Positions 47,691 to 57,268 of a stretch of 64,000 bases of DNA are shown here, one piece after another; the stretch's first letter is position 1; every line of letters starts with the position of its first letter. The notes below the pieces were generated by a model. It searched no databases. It was not told the DNA's origin and saw only the letters and a list, made by a program, of their open reading frames with translations. Made by a program: the position numbers and the translations under genes. Source of the DNA: Patescibacteria group bacterium (GTDB lineage Bacteria; Patescibacteriota; WWE3; UBA101185; UBA10185). The DNA lies in NCBI GenBank assembly GCA_041658075.1, contig JBBAAW010000002.1, forward strand, positions 602 through 64,601, read 5' to 3'.

Positions 47691-47924
47691 TTATTGCACG
47701 ATGTCATCAAAATTGTCCACCAACTCTTCTCCACCAAAAACCGCATCTAAACTAGTCTCATCTTGCTTTCCTGATGGAATAAGTCCGCCTTCTTTAACCT
47801 CGCCAGAAACCATATTTGTGACCTTACGTGCCTTACTTACAACCAAACCGTTACTAATATAAAGAAGTGTGGCACTTAAGACTAATGCAATTCCAACAAT
47901 AATCAAAATAGCAATTTTTTTCAT
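47691..47924 (-). CDS. Small membrane-anchored hypothetical protein
   Basis: N-terminal TM; in an operon with 47927..48601. Confidence 0.6.
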   Translation of the reverse strand: MKKIAILIIVGIALVLSATLLYISNGLVVSKARKVTNMVSGEVKEGGLIPSGKQDETSLDAVFGGEELVDNFDDIVQ

Positions 47925-47926
47925 TT

Positions 47927-48601
47927 TTACTCCTCCTCCGTTCCATCAATTTTCTTTTCGACCAGTAATTGCGCTCTTAATTCCTCCAAGTGGACTTTAA
48001 CTGTATTGCGGTAATAATCTCTAATGGTATCCGCTTTTTGTTTCACAGCCAACCATTGATCCTTGGCCTCTTTTAATTTAGGCAAGAATTGACCCTCATA
48101 ATTTGCGCACGGTATAATTTTTGCACCCTCCAGCAAATCTAAAAACTCTACGTACGCAGTTTTGTAGTCGCTAACCAAAGAGGTAAGCGCCACCAAATCC
48201 AACTCCAGATTACTAACATCCAAGCCTTTGCCTTTGTAAAATTCTATTCTCTTTTCCAAAACCTTTAAACCTTTATCCATATTCTCCACCCGATCCGTCC
48301 TTCTTGCGTAATATTTATTCCATCTTTCATTCACCCGATCCTGCGTGTTTTTGCAGATCTTATCGCGCCTTTCTTTTATTGCATTGGTACGCTCTTCAAG
48401 GTCAATCGGAAGATTCTCTCCTCCCTTAAGTTTTTCTCTCAGCCTATGTGTCTGTTCTGCCCATCTATCTATAGTTGCTGTAACTTTTTTTACCGCGGCG
48501 CTCCCTATAGCGGTTCCTTGTCTATCTACAGCGTACGTGGTCTGAGAGATAAAAACTAAAATCGATAAAGCTGGAATTATTGATAAATATTTTTTATTCA
48601 T
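47927..48601 (-). CDS. Secreted helical/coiled-coil hypothetical protein
   Basis: Signal peptide ending TYA; charged helical sequence with two Cys. Confidence 0.65.
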   Translation of the reverse strand: MNKKYLSIIPALSILVFISQTTYAVDRQGTAIGSAAVKKVTATIDRWAEQTHRLREKLKGGENLPIDLEERTNAIKERRDKICKNTQDRVNERWNKYYARRTDRVENMDKGLKVLEKRIEFYKGKGLDVSNLELDLVALTSLVSDYKTAYVEFLDLLEGAKIIPCANYEGQFLPKLKEAKDQWLAVKQKADTIRDYYRNTVKVHLEELRAQLLVEKKIDGTEEE

Positions 48602-48733
48602 ACTTAATATAGTACGACTTTTTATATGTAAGTCAAATTAAGTCTCTTACATTATTCCCGCAAACCATTATTTAATTTGTGAAGATACTACCTAAAACTC
48701 TATTGTCGTGCTTTAATACTTGGTGTGAACGAA

Positions 48734-48856
48734 ATGCAAAATAACCCCCAACCTTTAAAAGATTTAGTTTTTAAGGGCGCTTTTTTTGTAATTTTGGTTT
48801 ATCTTTTGGTACTTGCTTACAACACGGGGGTTTTTAGTCGACTTTTTAATCGATGA
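48734..48856 (+). CDS. 40-aa single-pass membrane protein coupled to uppP (not in ORF track)
   Basis: MQNNPQPLKDLVFKGAFFVILVYLLVLAYNTGVFSRLFNR*; its stop overlaps the uppP start as ATGA. Confidence 0.55.
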   Translation: MQNNPQPLKDLVFKGAFFVILVYLLVLAYNTGVFSRLFNR

Positions 48857-49638
48857 CAATTATTCAAACACTTATTCTTTCTATAGTTGAGGGGTTAACG
48901 GAATTTTTGCCAGTTTCGTCAACCGCGCATTTAGTTTTAGCGTTGCAAATTTTAGGCGTAGCGCAAACGGATTTTGTAAAAAGTTTTGAGGTAATTATCC
49001 AACTAGGCGCAATTCTTGCCGTAGTGGTGCTATATTTTAAGGAACTCGTTAAAAATGTAGGACTCTGGTTTAAGATAATTATAGCCTTTCTGCCCTCCGC
49101 AATCTTGGGTTTTTTGCTGTATGACTTTATAAAGATGCGACTATTGGGAAACGGGCTTGTTACAGCGTTAGCTCTTATCGTTGGCGGTGTTGTTTTTATA
49201 TTTATCGATAAAATTAAGTCTGCGCCTCAAAAAATCCCCAACCGACAGGTTGGCTTTAACGAGATTTCAACCGTGAGGCTTTTAGCCATAGGCTTGTCAC
49301 AAAGCTTAGCTATGATCCCAGGGGTTTCCAGATCGGCGGCAAGCATTTTTGGCGGAATGCTTACAGGCTTAAACAAAAACGATGCTGTTAAGTTTTCCTT
49401 TTTTTTAGCCATCCCCACAATGCTTGCCGCCACAACCCTCGATTTGTACAAATCGAGCTTTAGCTTCTCCAAAAGCGAAATTTTGCTGCTGTCGTTTGGG
49501 TTCATCGGAGCCTTTTTAACAGCCGTTGTAGCCATTAAGTCATTTATAAAATTCGTTCAAAAACATACCTTTTTGCCATTTGGAATTTACAGAATCGCCG
49601 TTGGGCTTTTTTGGCTTCTTGCTATAATCAAACTATGA
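48853..49638 (+). CDS. uppP: Undecaprenyl-diphosphatase (BacA)
   Basis: VEGLTEFLPVSSTAHL, IQLGAILAV, PGVSRS and FSFFLAIP motifs. Confidence 0.95.
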   Translation: MTIIQTLILSIVEGLTEFLPVSSTAHLVLALQILGVAQTDFVKSFEVIIQLGAILAVVVLYFKELVKNVGLWFKIIIAFLPSAILGFLLYDFIKMRLLGNGLVTALALIVGGVVFIFIDKIKSAPQKIPNRQVGFNEISTVRLLAIGLSQSLAMIPGVSRSAASIFGGMLTGLNKNDAVKFSFFLAIPTMLAATTLDLYKSSFSFSKSEILLLSFGFIGAFLTAVVAIKSFIKFVQKHTFLPFGIYRIAVGLFWLLAIIKL

Positions 49639-49904
49639 AAGTCTTAAAATTTGGCGCAGTCTGGTGCTCTGGTTGTTTAGTTATGAAACCCAGATGGAGA
49701 GAAATCGAGGCAGAAAATCCTTGGCTGGAAACCCGCTATTTTGAGTATGACAATTCGCAGGAGATGGTTAACAAATGGAAAGTGGGAAAGCATTTACCTG
49801 TTTTCATCTTTTTAGACAAGAACAACAACGAAATCACCCGTTTAACCGGCGAACCCTTCAAAGTCGAGCTACTTAAGATAATTAACGAACACAAAGATAA
49901 TTAA
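49635..49904 (+). CDS. Thioredoxin family protein
   Basis: FGAVWCSGC; ATG overlaps the uppP stop. Confidence 0.8.
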   Translation: MKVLKFGAVWCSGCLVMKPRWREIEAENPWLETRYFEYDNSQEMVNKWKVGKHLPVFIFLDKNNNEITRLTGEPFKVELLKIINEHKDN

Positions 49905-49923
49905 ATTCGTGTAAAATAGATCG

Positions 49924-51135
49924 ATGCGCTTCCACAAATCACTTTTTATTTTATCGATCCTTTTTATTTTGACGGGCTTTTTTCTAACATCGTCGACAAA
50001 GCCGGTCCACGCACAGGAAAATAACGTGACACTCTACTTCTTTTGGGGAAACGGATGCCCACACTGCGCAGCAGAAGAAAAATTTCTTAAAACAATCGAA
50101 AAAGAATTCCCAACCCTGACTATTAGAAAATTTGAAGTTTGGGGAAGCGCAAAAAACCGTGAGATCTTTAAGAATGTTGGACAGAAATTGGGCGCGGACG
50201 TTAAGGGCGTACCTTTTACTGTGGTTGGAGATAAATATATAGGAGGTTATTATACAGACGACACCACAGGAGCAGAGATTCGCAGTTATATAAAGTCGTG
50301 CCTGCAAAACGAATGTGTGGATGTAGTGTCAAACTTGGCCCCTCTTCCACCGGAAAAAAAATCCGATGTTCCAAAAGAAAACCCCTGGAAAGACGTCAAT
50401 TTCCCAATCATCGGAAAAATTAATTTAACCACCCTCTCCCTGCCAATTATTACCGTGGTTATAGGGACTTTAGATGGATTTAACCCTTGCGCCATGTGGG
50501 TTTTGCTCTTCCTGATAAGTCTTTTGTTAAATTTGCAGGATAAAAAAAGGCGCTGGTTTCTAGGATCGACTTTTATTATCGCATCAGGTTTAGTTTATTT
50601 CTTTTTCATGTCAGCCTGGCTTAACATTCTTCTCTTCATTGGATTCGTAGTTTGGGTGCGATTGGCTATTGCCGTTTTTGCTCTTGGTGCAGGGGCTTTT
50701 AGTTTAAACAAATATTGGCAACATCGTACCGGATGTGTTGTGGAGGATGATGAAAAACGTAAAAAAACTTTTGATAAACTAAAAAAAATAACTTACGACA
50801 AAAACTTACTAATAGCACTTTTTGGAATTATTGCCTTAGCTTTTGCGGTAAATTTGGTGGAGCTTTTATGTTCAGCAGGATTTCCGGCAATGTTCACGCA
50901 GATTTTGGCCTTAAATCAACTTCCTTCTATTCAATACTACCTTTACATTTTGCTCTATATTTTCTTTTTTATGCTGGACGACATAATCATCTTTGTTATT
51001 GCCATGAAAACTTTGGAGGCCACGGGGATTTCCACTAAATATGCCAGATACTCGCATCTAATTGGCGGGCTTTTAATGGTTATCATTGGCGCGCTGCTGA
51101 TTGTTAAACCTGAGTACTTAATGTTCAACTTTTAG
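49924..51135 (+). CDS. Glutaredoxin-like domain fused to a CcdA/DsbD-like membrane domain
   Basis: GCPHC...GVP soluble domain; DGFNPCAMW and ELLCSAGFP transmembrane Cys pair. Confidence 0.75.
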   Translation: MRFHKSLFILSILFILTGFFLTSSTKPVHAQENNVTLYFFWGNGCPHCAAEEKFLKTIEKEFPTLTIRKFEVWGSAKNREIFKNVGQKLGADVKGVPFTVVGDKYIGGYYTDDTTGAEIRSYIKSCLQNECVDVVSNLAPLPPEKKSDVPKENPWKDVNFPIIGKINLTTLSLPIITVVIGTLDGFNPCAMWVLLFLISLLLNLQDKKRRWFLGSTFIIASGLVYFFFMSAWLNILLFIGFVVWVRLAIAVFALGAGAFSLNKYWQHRTGCVVEDDEKRKKTFDKLKKITYDKNLLIALFGIIALAFAVNLVELLCSAGFPAMFTQILALNQLPSIQYYLYILLYIFFFMLDDIIIFVIAMKTLEATGISTKYARYSHLIGGLLMVIIGALLIVKPEYLMFNF

Positions 51136-51137
51136 AA

Positions 51138-51785
51138 CTACTCTAAGTAGTTTTCAACCTTAACTTTGGCTTGCAACTCGGTGAACCATCTGTTTATCTC
51201 CTCGCCAAGTTTTTGCTCTGTTAGGACTTTTTTAGCGGAAACACGCTTTTCTGCATCCGTTGTACCTTCTAAAGCCGCTCCAGCTGATTTCACATACGCA
51301 TCAATATCCGCGTCGGCGATTACAACCTTGCCGCTTAAAAGCTTTTTCATACCCACTTGCAAGGAAATGTCTTTTCTAAAATCGCTTAAGGTTCTTCCCT
51401 GTTGCTGCAATAGAGTTTCTAAGCTTTGCCCAACCAACTGTTTTTCAATAATAGCGATTTCCGCATTAACCTCCTCCTCGGAGACAGTAATTCCAGCTTT
51501 CTTTAGCTCACCTCTAACAATATAGATGTCAATCAATTCGCTTGCTGCGTTCTTGCCGTACCGCGACTTAAGTATCTTTTCCCACTCTTCTCTAGAAATC
51601 CCCACTCCGTTGACCTTAGCTACATACAAAAGCTTGTTAACAGGTGTTAAAATACCCTTATATCCACCGGAAACAAAGCCTTTTATATTAGAAAAAAAGT
51701 AACCCACCAATATTCCCAAAGGAATAATTAGCAAAAATACTGTTGGGCCAAGTTTTATTTTGGGTAACTTCATAATTGTGTTCAT
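51138..51785 (-). CDS. SurA N-terminal/PrsA-like chaperone lacking a PPIase domain
   Basis: VAKVNGVGIS, GITVSEEEV and terminal ELQAKVKVE. Confidence 0.7.
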   Translation of the reverse strand: MNTIMKLPKIKLGPTVFLLIIPLGILVGYFFSNIKGFVSGGYKGILTPVNKLLYVAKVNGVGISREEWEKILKSRYGKNAASELIDIYIVRGELKKAGITVSEEEVNAEIAIIEKQLVGQSLETLLQQQGRTLSDFRKDISLQVGMKKLLSGKVVIADADIDAYVKSAGAALEGTTDAEKRVSAKKVLTEQKLGEEINRWFTELQAKVKVENYLE

Positions 51786-51834
51786 AAATGTAACCTTTCA
51801 TCAAAAATTTAGCAGTTGCAAGATTTTATCACAA

Positions 51835-54279
51835 CTAGTTCCAAACTTTAAATTTTTTAATAAAATGCGCTTTTAACCTGTCGACAAGACTCATGTAAAC
51901 GATCACAACAATTATTAAAAACACAAAATACTGAGGACTTAATACACCAAATCCAAATGAAGTTCGTATGGGAGATATTGTCAAAAGCAATGCCGTAACC
52001 AACACCGCAATAGATGAGATTATTAATGGTTTGGAAGGTCTAGACTTAAAGAAAGGGAACTTAGCTGTTCGTATTACAAAAATTACTAAAGTTTGAGTTA
52101 CAAGCGATTCTAAAAACCAACCCGCTTGAAATTGACCAGATGTTGCCCTAAAAATCCACATTAAACTGAAAAAAGTTATAAAGTCAAAAAGAGAACTAAT
52201 TGGCCCAAAAAAGATCATATACTTTCTAATAAAACCAATGTCCCAATGGCGTGGTTTTACAAGTGACTCTTTATCTACATTGTCGGTGGGAATCGTGAGT
52301 TGGGAAAAATCATAGAGCGTGTTGTTTAAAAGAATTTGCACCGGTGTCATAGGCAAAAACGGTAGAAAGAATGACGCAAAAGCTGCTGAAAACATATTAC
52401 CAAAATTGGAACTTGTTCCCATTAAAATATATTTAACTGTGTTATTAAAAATTCTACGACCCTCCATTACACCCTCCGCCACCACATCCAATCCTTTTAC
52501 CATTAAAACTACGCTAGCAGACTCTTTTGCCACGTCAGCACCTCCGTTCACACTTATCCCCACATCAGCCGTATGCAGAGCAGGCGCATCATTTATCCCG
52601 TCGCCTAAAAAACCCACCGCGTGACCCGCAACCTGCAAAGCCTTAATTATATCCAATTTATTCTCCGGTGTTACTCTGGCAAAAATATTGTTTTTAGACA
52701 CCGCACTCCCAAACTCCGCTGGCGACAACTTATCCAGCTGCTCACCTAAAATTACACCTTTTACTCCAAGCCCAACCTCCGCACACACTTTAAGCGCTAC
52801 AATTTCGTTGTCGCCCGTTAATAATTTTAGGTCAATGTTTAACTTCTCAAGTCGCTCCACTGACTTTTTAGCATCCTTTTTAGGAGCATCGGAAAAAACC
52901 AAAATTCCGTACATAGTTAAATCTGTTGCCTCGTCCCACTGATACTCCTTACGCTCTTTTTGCAGAATCTTTCCCGCCAGTGCTACCACCCTAAAACCTC
53001 GCATACTTAACTCATCAACCCTTTTTTGCATAAATTTAATGTCGACACTGGAGGAACACATTTTTACCACATCGTTAAAAACACCCTTAACTAAAAAGTG
53101 AATTTCGCTCTCAAACTTAACCACGTTAAAGGATGCTTTTTTGTTGTAATCAAAAGATTCTGTATCCAAATAATTAATAACACCTAAGCTTTTTGTTACA
53201 CCAATTTTTTCTGACGCGTTAATAATAGCGCGATCAATTGAGTTTATAGCTACACCCATATGCAGGACTTTAGGTGTACTCAAAAACCCTCTTTCTAAAA
53301 CCTGCCTACTCCTTTGTCCCCCAGTGTCAAGAAAATCCGTTAGTTCAATCTTGCCCTCAGTTAAAGTACCAGTTTTGTCACAACATAAAATGTCCATATT
53401 CCCTAAATTTTCCACCGCTACCAACTGCTTAACCACCACATGCTTTTTAGATAATTTCCCAGCGCCGTGTGACAAACTTAAAGTAACCACCACAGGTAAA
53501 AGCTCGGGCGTTAAACCAACTGCGATAGCTAAGGCAAACATTAAACTAGAAAGCATGTCTTTACCCAACGCAGAATTTACCAAAAAAATCCCCGCCGCTA
53601 AAATAAAAATCACCCGCACAAGTAAATTTCCAAAACCCCTTAAACCTAACTGAAAGGACGTTTCAGGTTTTAAGAAGTTAATGTTTTTAGCTATCTGACC
53701 ATACCTTGTCTGCCGACCAACCTTTGTAATCACACCCACCCCGTGTCCGCTTTCCACATTTGTCCCCATATAAATGGCATCATCCACCATCTTAAAAACC
53801 GGCTCGCTCTCCCCCGTTAAAACGCTTTCATTAACCTCTAAATTTTCTGCCTGTAAAACTTGAAGATCTGCCGGAATTACACTACCGGTAGAAAAGAGAA
53901 CTATATCGCCAACCGCAATTTGCGTTATTAAAAGCTCCACAACTTCACCGTCCCGCTTTACCAAAACCTTTGGCGTTATGCGTTTTAAAAGTCCGTCTAC
54001 CGTTTTTTGGGCGGAGTACTCATTCCAAAAACCCAGTCCCGAACTTACAAAAATCATGATAAAGATGTATATGGAGCTTGCTCTTTCTCCCAGAAAGAAG
54101 GACACCACAGTACATACGATTAAGATATAAACAAGGTAATTGCCTTTAAATTGTCGAACAAATATTTTAAAAGCAGATAACTTTTGTGAATCTAAAATGT
54201 TGGCGCCATACTTTTTTATATTTTCCAACGCTTGCGTGGTTGTTAAACCCACATCTTTTTGAACTTCTTGGGCAGTCAT
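51835..54279 (-). CDS. mgtA: Magnesium-translocating P-type ATPase
   Basis: TGES, AVGLTPELLP, DKTGTLT, TGDN, GDGINDAP, SSNFGNMFS and NNTLYD motifs. Confidence 0.9.
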   Translation of the reverse strand: MTAQEVQKDVGLTTTQALENIKKYGANILDSQKLSAFKIFVRQFKGNYLVYILIVCTVVSFFLGERASSIYIFIMIFVSSGLGFWNEYSAQKTVDGLLKRITPKVLVKRDGEVVELLITQIAVGDIVLFSTGSVIPADLQVLQAENLEVNESVLTGESEPVFKMVDDAIYMGTNVESGHGVGVITKVGRQTRYGQIAKNINFLKPETSFQLGLRGFGNLLVRVIFILAAGIFLVNSALGKDMLSSLMFALAIAVGLTPELLPVVVTLSLSHGAGKLSKKHVVVKQLVAVENLGNMDILCCDKTGTLTEGKIELTDFLDTGGQRSRQVLERGFLSTPKVLHMGVAINSIDRAIINASEKIGVTKSLGVINYLDTESFDYNKKASFNVVKFESEIHFLVKGVFNDVVKMCSSSVDIKFMQKRVDELSMRGFRVVALAGKILQKERKEYQWDEATDLTMYGILVFSDAPKKDAKKSVERLEKLNIDLKLLTGDNEIVALKVCAEVGLGVKGVILGEQLDKLSPAEFGSAVSKNNIFARVTPENKLDIIKALQVAGHAVGFLGDGINDAPALHTADVGISVNGGADVAKESASVVLMVKGLDVVAEGVMEGRRIFNNTVKYILMGTSSNFGNMFSAAFASFFLPFLPMTPVQILLNNTLYDFSQLTIPTDNVDKESLVKPRHWDIGFIRKYMIFFGPISSLFDFITFFSLMWIFRATSGQFQAGWFLESLVTQTLVIFVIRTAKFPFFKSRPSKPLIISSIAVLVTALLLTISPIRTSFGFGVLSPQYFVFLIIVVIVYMSLVDRLKAHFIKKFKVWN

Positions 54280-54350
54280 ACAAGAGAATTATATATTCTT
54301 GCGACTTGAAATAACAGGGCAGTTTCAATATAATGGGCGGGTTGATATGA

Positions 54351-54425
54351 GGGGGCGTAACTCAGTGGTAGAGTGACGGCCTTTTAAGCCGTTCGTCGCG
54401 GGTCCGATTCCCGCCGCCCTCACCA
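54351..54425 (+). tRNA. tRNA-Lys(UUU)
   Basis: ACGGC-CT-TTT-AA-GCCGT anticodon arm; T loop TCCGATT; ACCA. Confidence 0.92.
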
Positions 54426-54429
54426 GAGT

Positions 54430-54885
54430 ATGGAAGAAGACATAAAATACTTAAAACTAGCGTTGGAAAACTCTAAAAAGTCTATGGAGGAAGGAAACTT
54501 TCCAGCAGGGGCTGTGGTTGTTAAGGACGGAAAAGTTATAGCTTCGGAGGTAAGCTCGCCTTATCCAGGTCTCTTCCATGCCGATTCTAAGGCGGTCACA
54601 TCTGCTTTTAAAAAGACGGGAGTGTTAAAAGGGGCGACTCTATATATAGGTCTTCAGTCTTGCTTAATGTGTACGGGTGTCGCTTACTGGTCTGGAATAA
54701 GAAGAGTGGTTTACGCTGTTCCAAAATCATTAGTTTCTAGTGATTATTACGAAACTCCAATAGACACGATGCCACTTTTTGATACCTTTAACGATAGAAT
54801 TGAGTTTGTACATGTGCCAGAGCTTCAAGAAAAGGCTCTATCTGTAATAAGACACTGGGAAAAGGAGCATTACAACACAAAATAA
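54430..54885 (+). CDS. Zn-dependent nucleoside deaminase (TadA/guanine deaminase fold) with atypical motifs
   Basis: PAGAVVVKDG; HAD in place of HAE; SCLMC in place of PCxxC. Confidence 0.75.
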   Translation: MEEDIKYLKLALENSKKSMEEGNFPAGAVVVKDGKVIASEVSSPYPGLFHADSKAVTSAFKKTGVLKGATLYIGLQSCLMCTGVAYWSGIRRVVYAVPKSLVSSDYYETPIDTMPLFDTFNDRIEFVHVPELQEKALSVIRHWEKEHYNTK

Positions 54886-54886
54886 T

Positions 54887-55837
54887 ATGAACCAGAATAC
54901 ATTCAGAATACAAAAGATAAAAACTCAGGTGGACATGGATGAATTCGTAGCTTTCCTAGACCTAAAAAGTCCTAAAGTAATTGTTAAACCTAATTGGGTT
55001 AGCTATCAAAAAGGAACTTATACTGACGCAAGGGTTTTAGACATGTTCCTAACAGCCGTAAAGAGACCAACAATCCTTGCTGAAAGCTACACATTTTGGA
55101 GGACTGATAAGAAAGTTAGGGGTGAGGGCGATTACTTCTCGTCCAAAGAGGCAAACCTAAAAACAGGAAAAGACCATTGGGACTTTTTCAAAAAGCAGGA
55201 TGGTATATTTCTAAATGAGACGGGTATAGGAAAGGTTCTGAAAAAGCACAACGCTGAATACTTAAATATTACTAATGAAGTCTGGGGAGGTAAAACAGCT
55301 TCTCCACACGAGGTAAAAACTATAGTTGAGTCTAAATATGCTCCCGTAAGTGCAGAAGATTTATACTCCTACATCCCAAATAAAATATATGAACTTAAAG
55401 GTTATGACATGATAAGTTTCTCAAAAGCAAAGATAGACTCGTCGTACGGAGCTTCGCTGTCTATTAAAAACTTGTTTGGATTAATACCGGACCCTACAAG
55501 GTACGAGAAATATCATGGAGGTGACACGGAGCACCTACTCACTCAAAGCATTATAGACGCTAATAAAATATATCGGTCTCTTTTTAATACAAAGTTTGTT
55601 GTGGAGGGTGTATTTGAACATTGCAGTATAAATTGGGATACGGAAATCGCTACCCCTATTTTAGACTGGGGTGTAATAATTGGAGGTAGCGATGCCTTAG
55701 AAGTTGATACGATAGCTAACAAATTACTAAAGACCAATTTTGCAGGCGCTATAAAGGACCTTTCTGAAAGATACAAACGAATAATTAACGGAAATGATAG
55801 TGTGGATATTACTAAATACAGCGAATACTTAATATAA
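54887..55837 (+). CDS. DUF362-like protein
   Basis: VIVKPNWV, SLSIKNLFGLIP and DALEVD motifs. Confidence 0.65.
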   Translation: MNQNTFRIQKIKTQVDMDEFVAFLDLKSPKVIVKPNWVSYQKGTYTDARVLDMFLTAVKRPTILAESYTFWRTDKKVRGEGDYFSSKEANLKTGKDHWDFFKKQDGIFLNETGIGKVLKKHNAEYLNITNEVWGGKTASPHEVKTIVESKYAPVSAEDLYSYIPNKIYELKGYDMISFSKAKIDSSYGASLSIKNLFGLIPDPTRYEKYHGGDTEHLLTQSIIDANKIYRSLFNTKFVVEGVFEHCSINWDTEIATPILDWGVIIGGSDALEVDTIANKLLKTNFAGAIKDLSERYKRIINGNDSVDITKYSEYLI

Positions 55838-55862
55838 GTATGAAAGTTCGACTTTACTCGCA

Positions 55863-56063
55863 ATGACAGAGGAACTTGGGGAATTATTGGGAAGATGGCT
55901 GGCTGAAAATCCAGGTTATAAAAAGTTGATCAAAGATACCGACCCTATCCCCGAGGAAGTAGGCGATTTGCTAAATCTTATCCTTGCTTTCTGCAATACA
56001 CAAAATTTAAACTTTGAGGAATGTGTTAGAAATACCATCAAAAAGACGTCTAAACAAGGGTGA
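55863..56063 (+). pseudogene. MazG-like nucleotide pyrophosphohydrolase (short or remnant)
   Basis: TEELGEL and EEVGDLL motifs; only 66 aa. Confidence 0.55.
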
Positions 56064-56067
56064 CAGT

Positions 56068-56598
56068 GTGAAGAAAATAGTTGTAGCATCAAAAAATCCG
56101 GTCAAAATACAAACTACCTTGGCGGGATTTAAGAGGATGTTTCCAAACGAAACTTTTGAAATCGAGGGAATTACCGTCAAGTCGGATGTATTAGATCAGC
56201 CGATGTCGGAAAAAGAAACCCTGGAAGGTGCAATAAATCGGGCAAATAATGCGTCGATTGCTAAATCTGATGGCGATTATTGGGTTGGAATTGAGGGCGG
56301 CATTCAAGAAACGGAAGGAGAGCTGCTAACCTTTGCGTGGATTGTTATTAAGTCAAAAGAAGGAAAATTTGGTAAGGGCAAAACCGGATCTTTTTTCTTA
56401 CCTAATAAAGTCGCGCAGTTGATAAAACAAGGAAAAGAGCTGGGAGAAGCGGACGATATTGTTTTTAACAAACAAAACTCCAAACAAGCAAATGGCGCAG
56501 TTGGAATATTAACGGGCGATATTTTAACCCGAACATCTTTTTACGAACCGGCAGTTATTCTGGCTTTAATTCCCTTTAAAATTCCCGGTCTTTACTAA
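56068..56598 (+). CDS. yjjX: Inosine/xanthosine triphosphatase
   Basis: VASKNPVK, DQPMS..ETLEGAINRA, VGIEGG, GKELG, GAVGILT and TRTSFY motifs. Confidence 0.88.
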   Translation: MKKIVVASKNPVKIQTTLAGFKRMFPNETFEIEGITVKSDVLDQPMSEKETLEGAINRANNASIAKSDGDYWVGIEGGIQETEGELLTFAWIVIKSKEGKFGKGKTGSFFLPNKVAQLIKQGKELGEADDIVFNKQNSKQANGAVGILTGDILTRTSFYEPAVILALIPFKIPGLY

Positions 56599-56628
56599 TC
56601 TGGTTGTGAAAGTGTAGTATATAAACTA

Positions 56629-57267
56629 GTGAAACGATTACTTACTGTCGCATTATTAATAATTATTCCGGCTGTTCTTTTAAATCCTGTAATTAATTAC
56701 TTAAACAGACAGAGTCCTATTGACCCAAACAACATATCTTCTAACTACAACACAAAACTATTAACAGCGCAATTTCACGGAAACAAAATCTCAACTCCCC
56801 TGTATCCGGAAAACAACGTTTTAAGTTCTAAATCCAGCGACAACAAAGAAAAACGCATAGAAATTGACCTTACAAACCAAAAACTATACGCGTTTGAAGA
56901 TAACAAAAAAGTATACAGCTTTTTAGTGTCCACGGGCAAATGGGGCTTAACGCCCACCGGCGAGTTCCATATTTGGACTAAGCTGGAATACACACTCATG
57001 ACCGGCGGATCTAAGGCCTTAAACACATACTACTATCTGCCAAATGTTCCTTATACCATGTACTTTTACAGCAACAGCGTGTCAAAATTTAAGGGGTTCG
57101 GAATACATGGCGCTTACTGGCATAACAATTTTGGGCACCCCATGAGCCACGGCTGTATCAACATGAAGATTGAGGACGCAAAAGAGCTTTTTAACTGGGC
57201 CACTTCCGAACAGGAAAACGGTACGGGGACAAAAGTTGTGATATACGGAACCACGCCAAAGGACTAA
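56629..57267 (+). CDS. L,D-transpeptidase (YkuD) family protein
   Basis: IEIDLTNQKL, VSTGK...TPTG and IHGAYWHNNFGHPMSHGCIN motifs. Confidence 0.9.
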   Translation: MKRLLTVALLIIIPAVLLNPVINYLNRQSPIDPNNISSNYNTKLLTAQFHGNKISTPLYPENNVLSSKSSDNKEKRIEIDLTNQKLYAFEDNKKVYSFLVSTGKWGLTPTGEFHIWTKLEYTLMTGGSKALNTYYYLPNVPYTMYFYSNSVSKFKGFGIHGAYWHNNFGHPMSHGCINMKIEDAKELFNWATSEQENGTGTKVVIYGTTPKD

Positions 57268-57268
57268 C

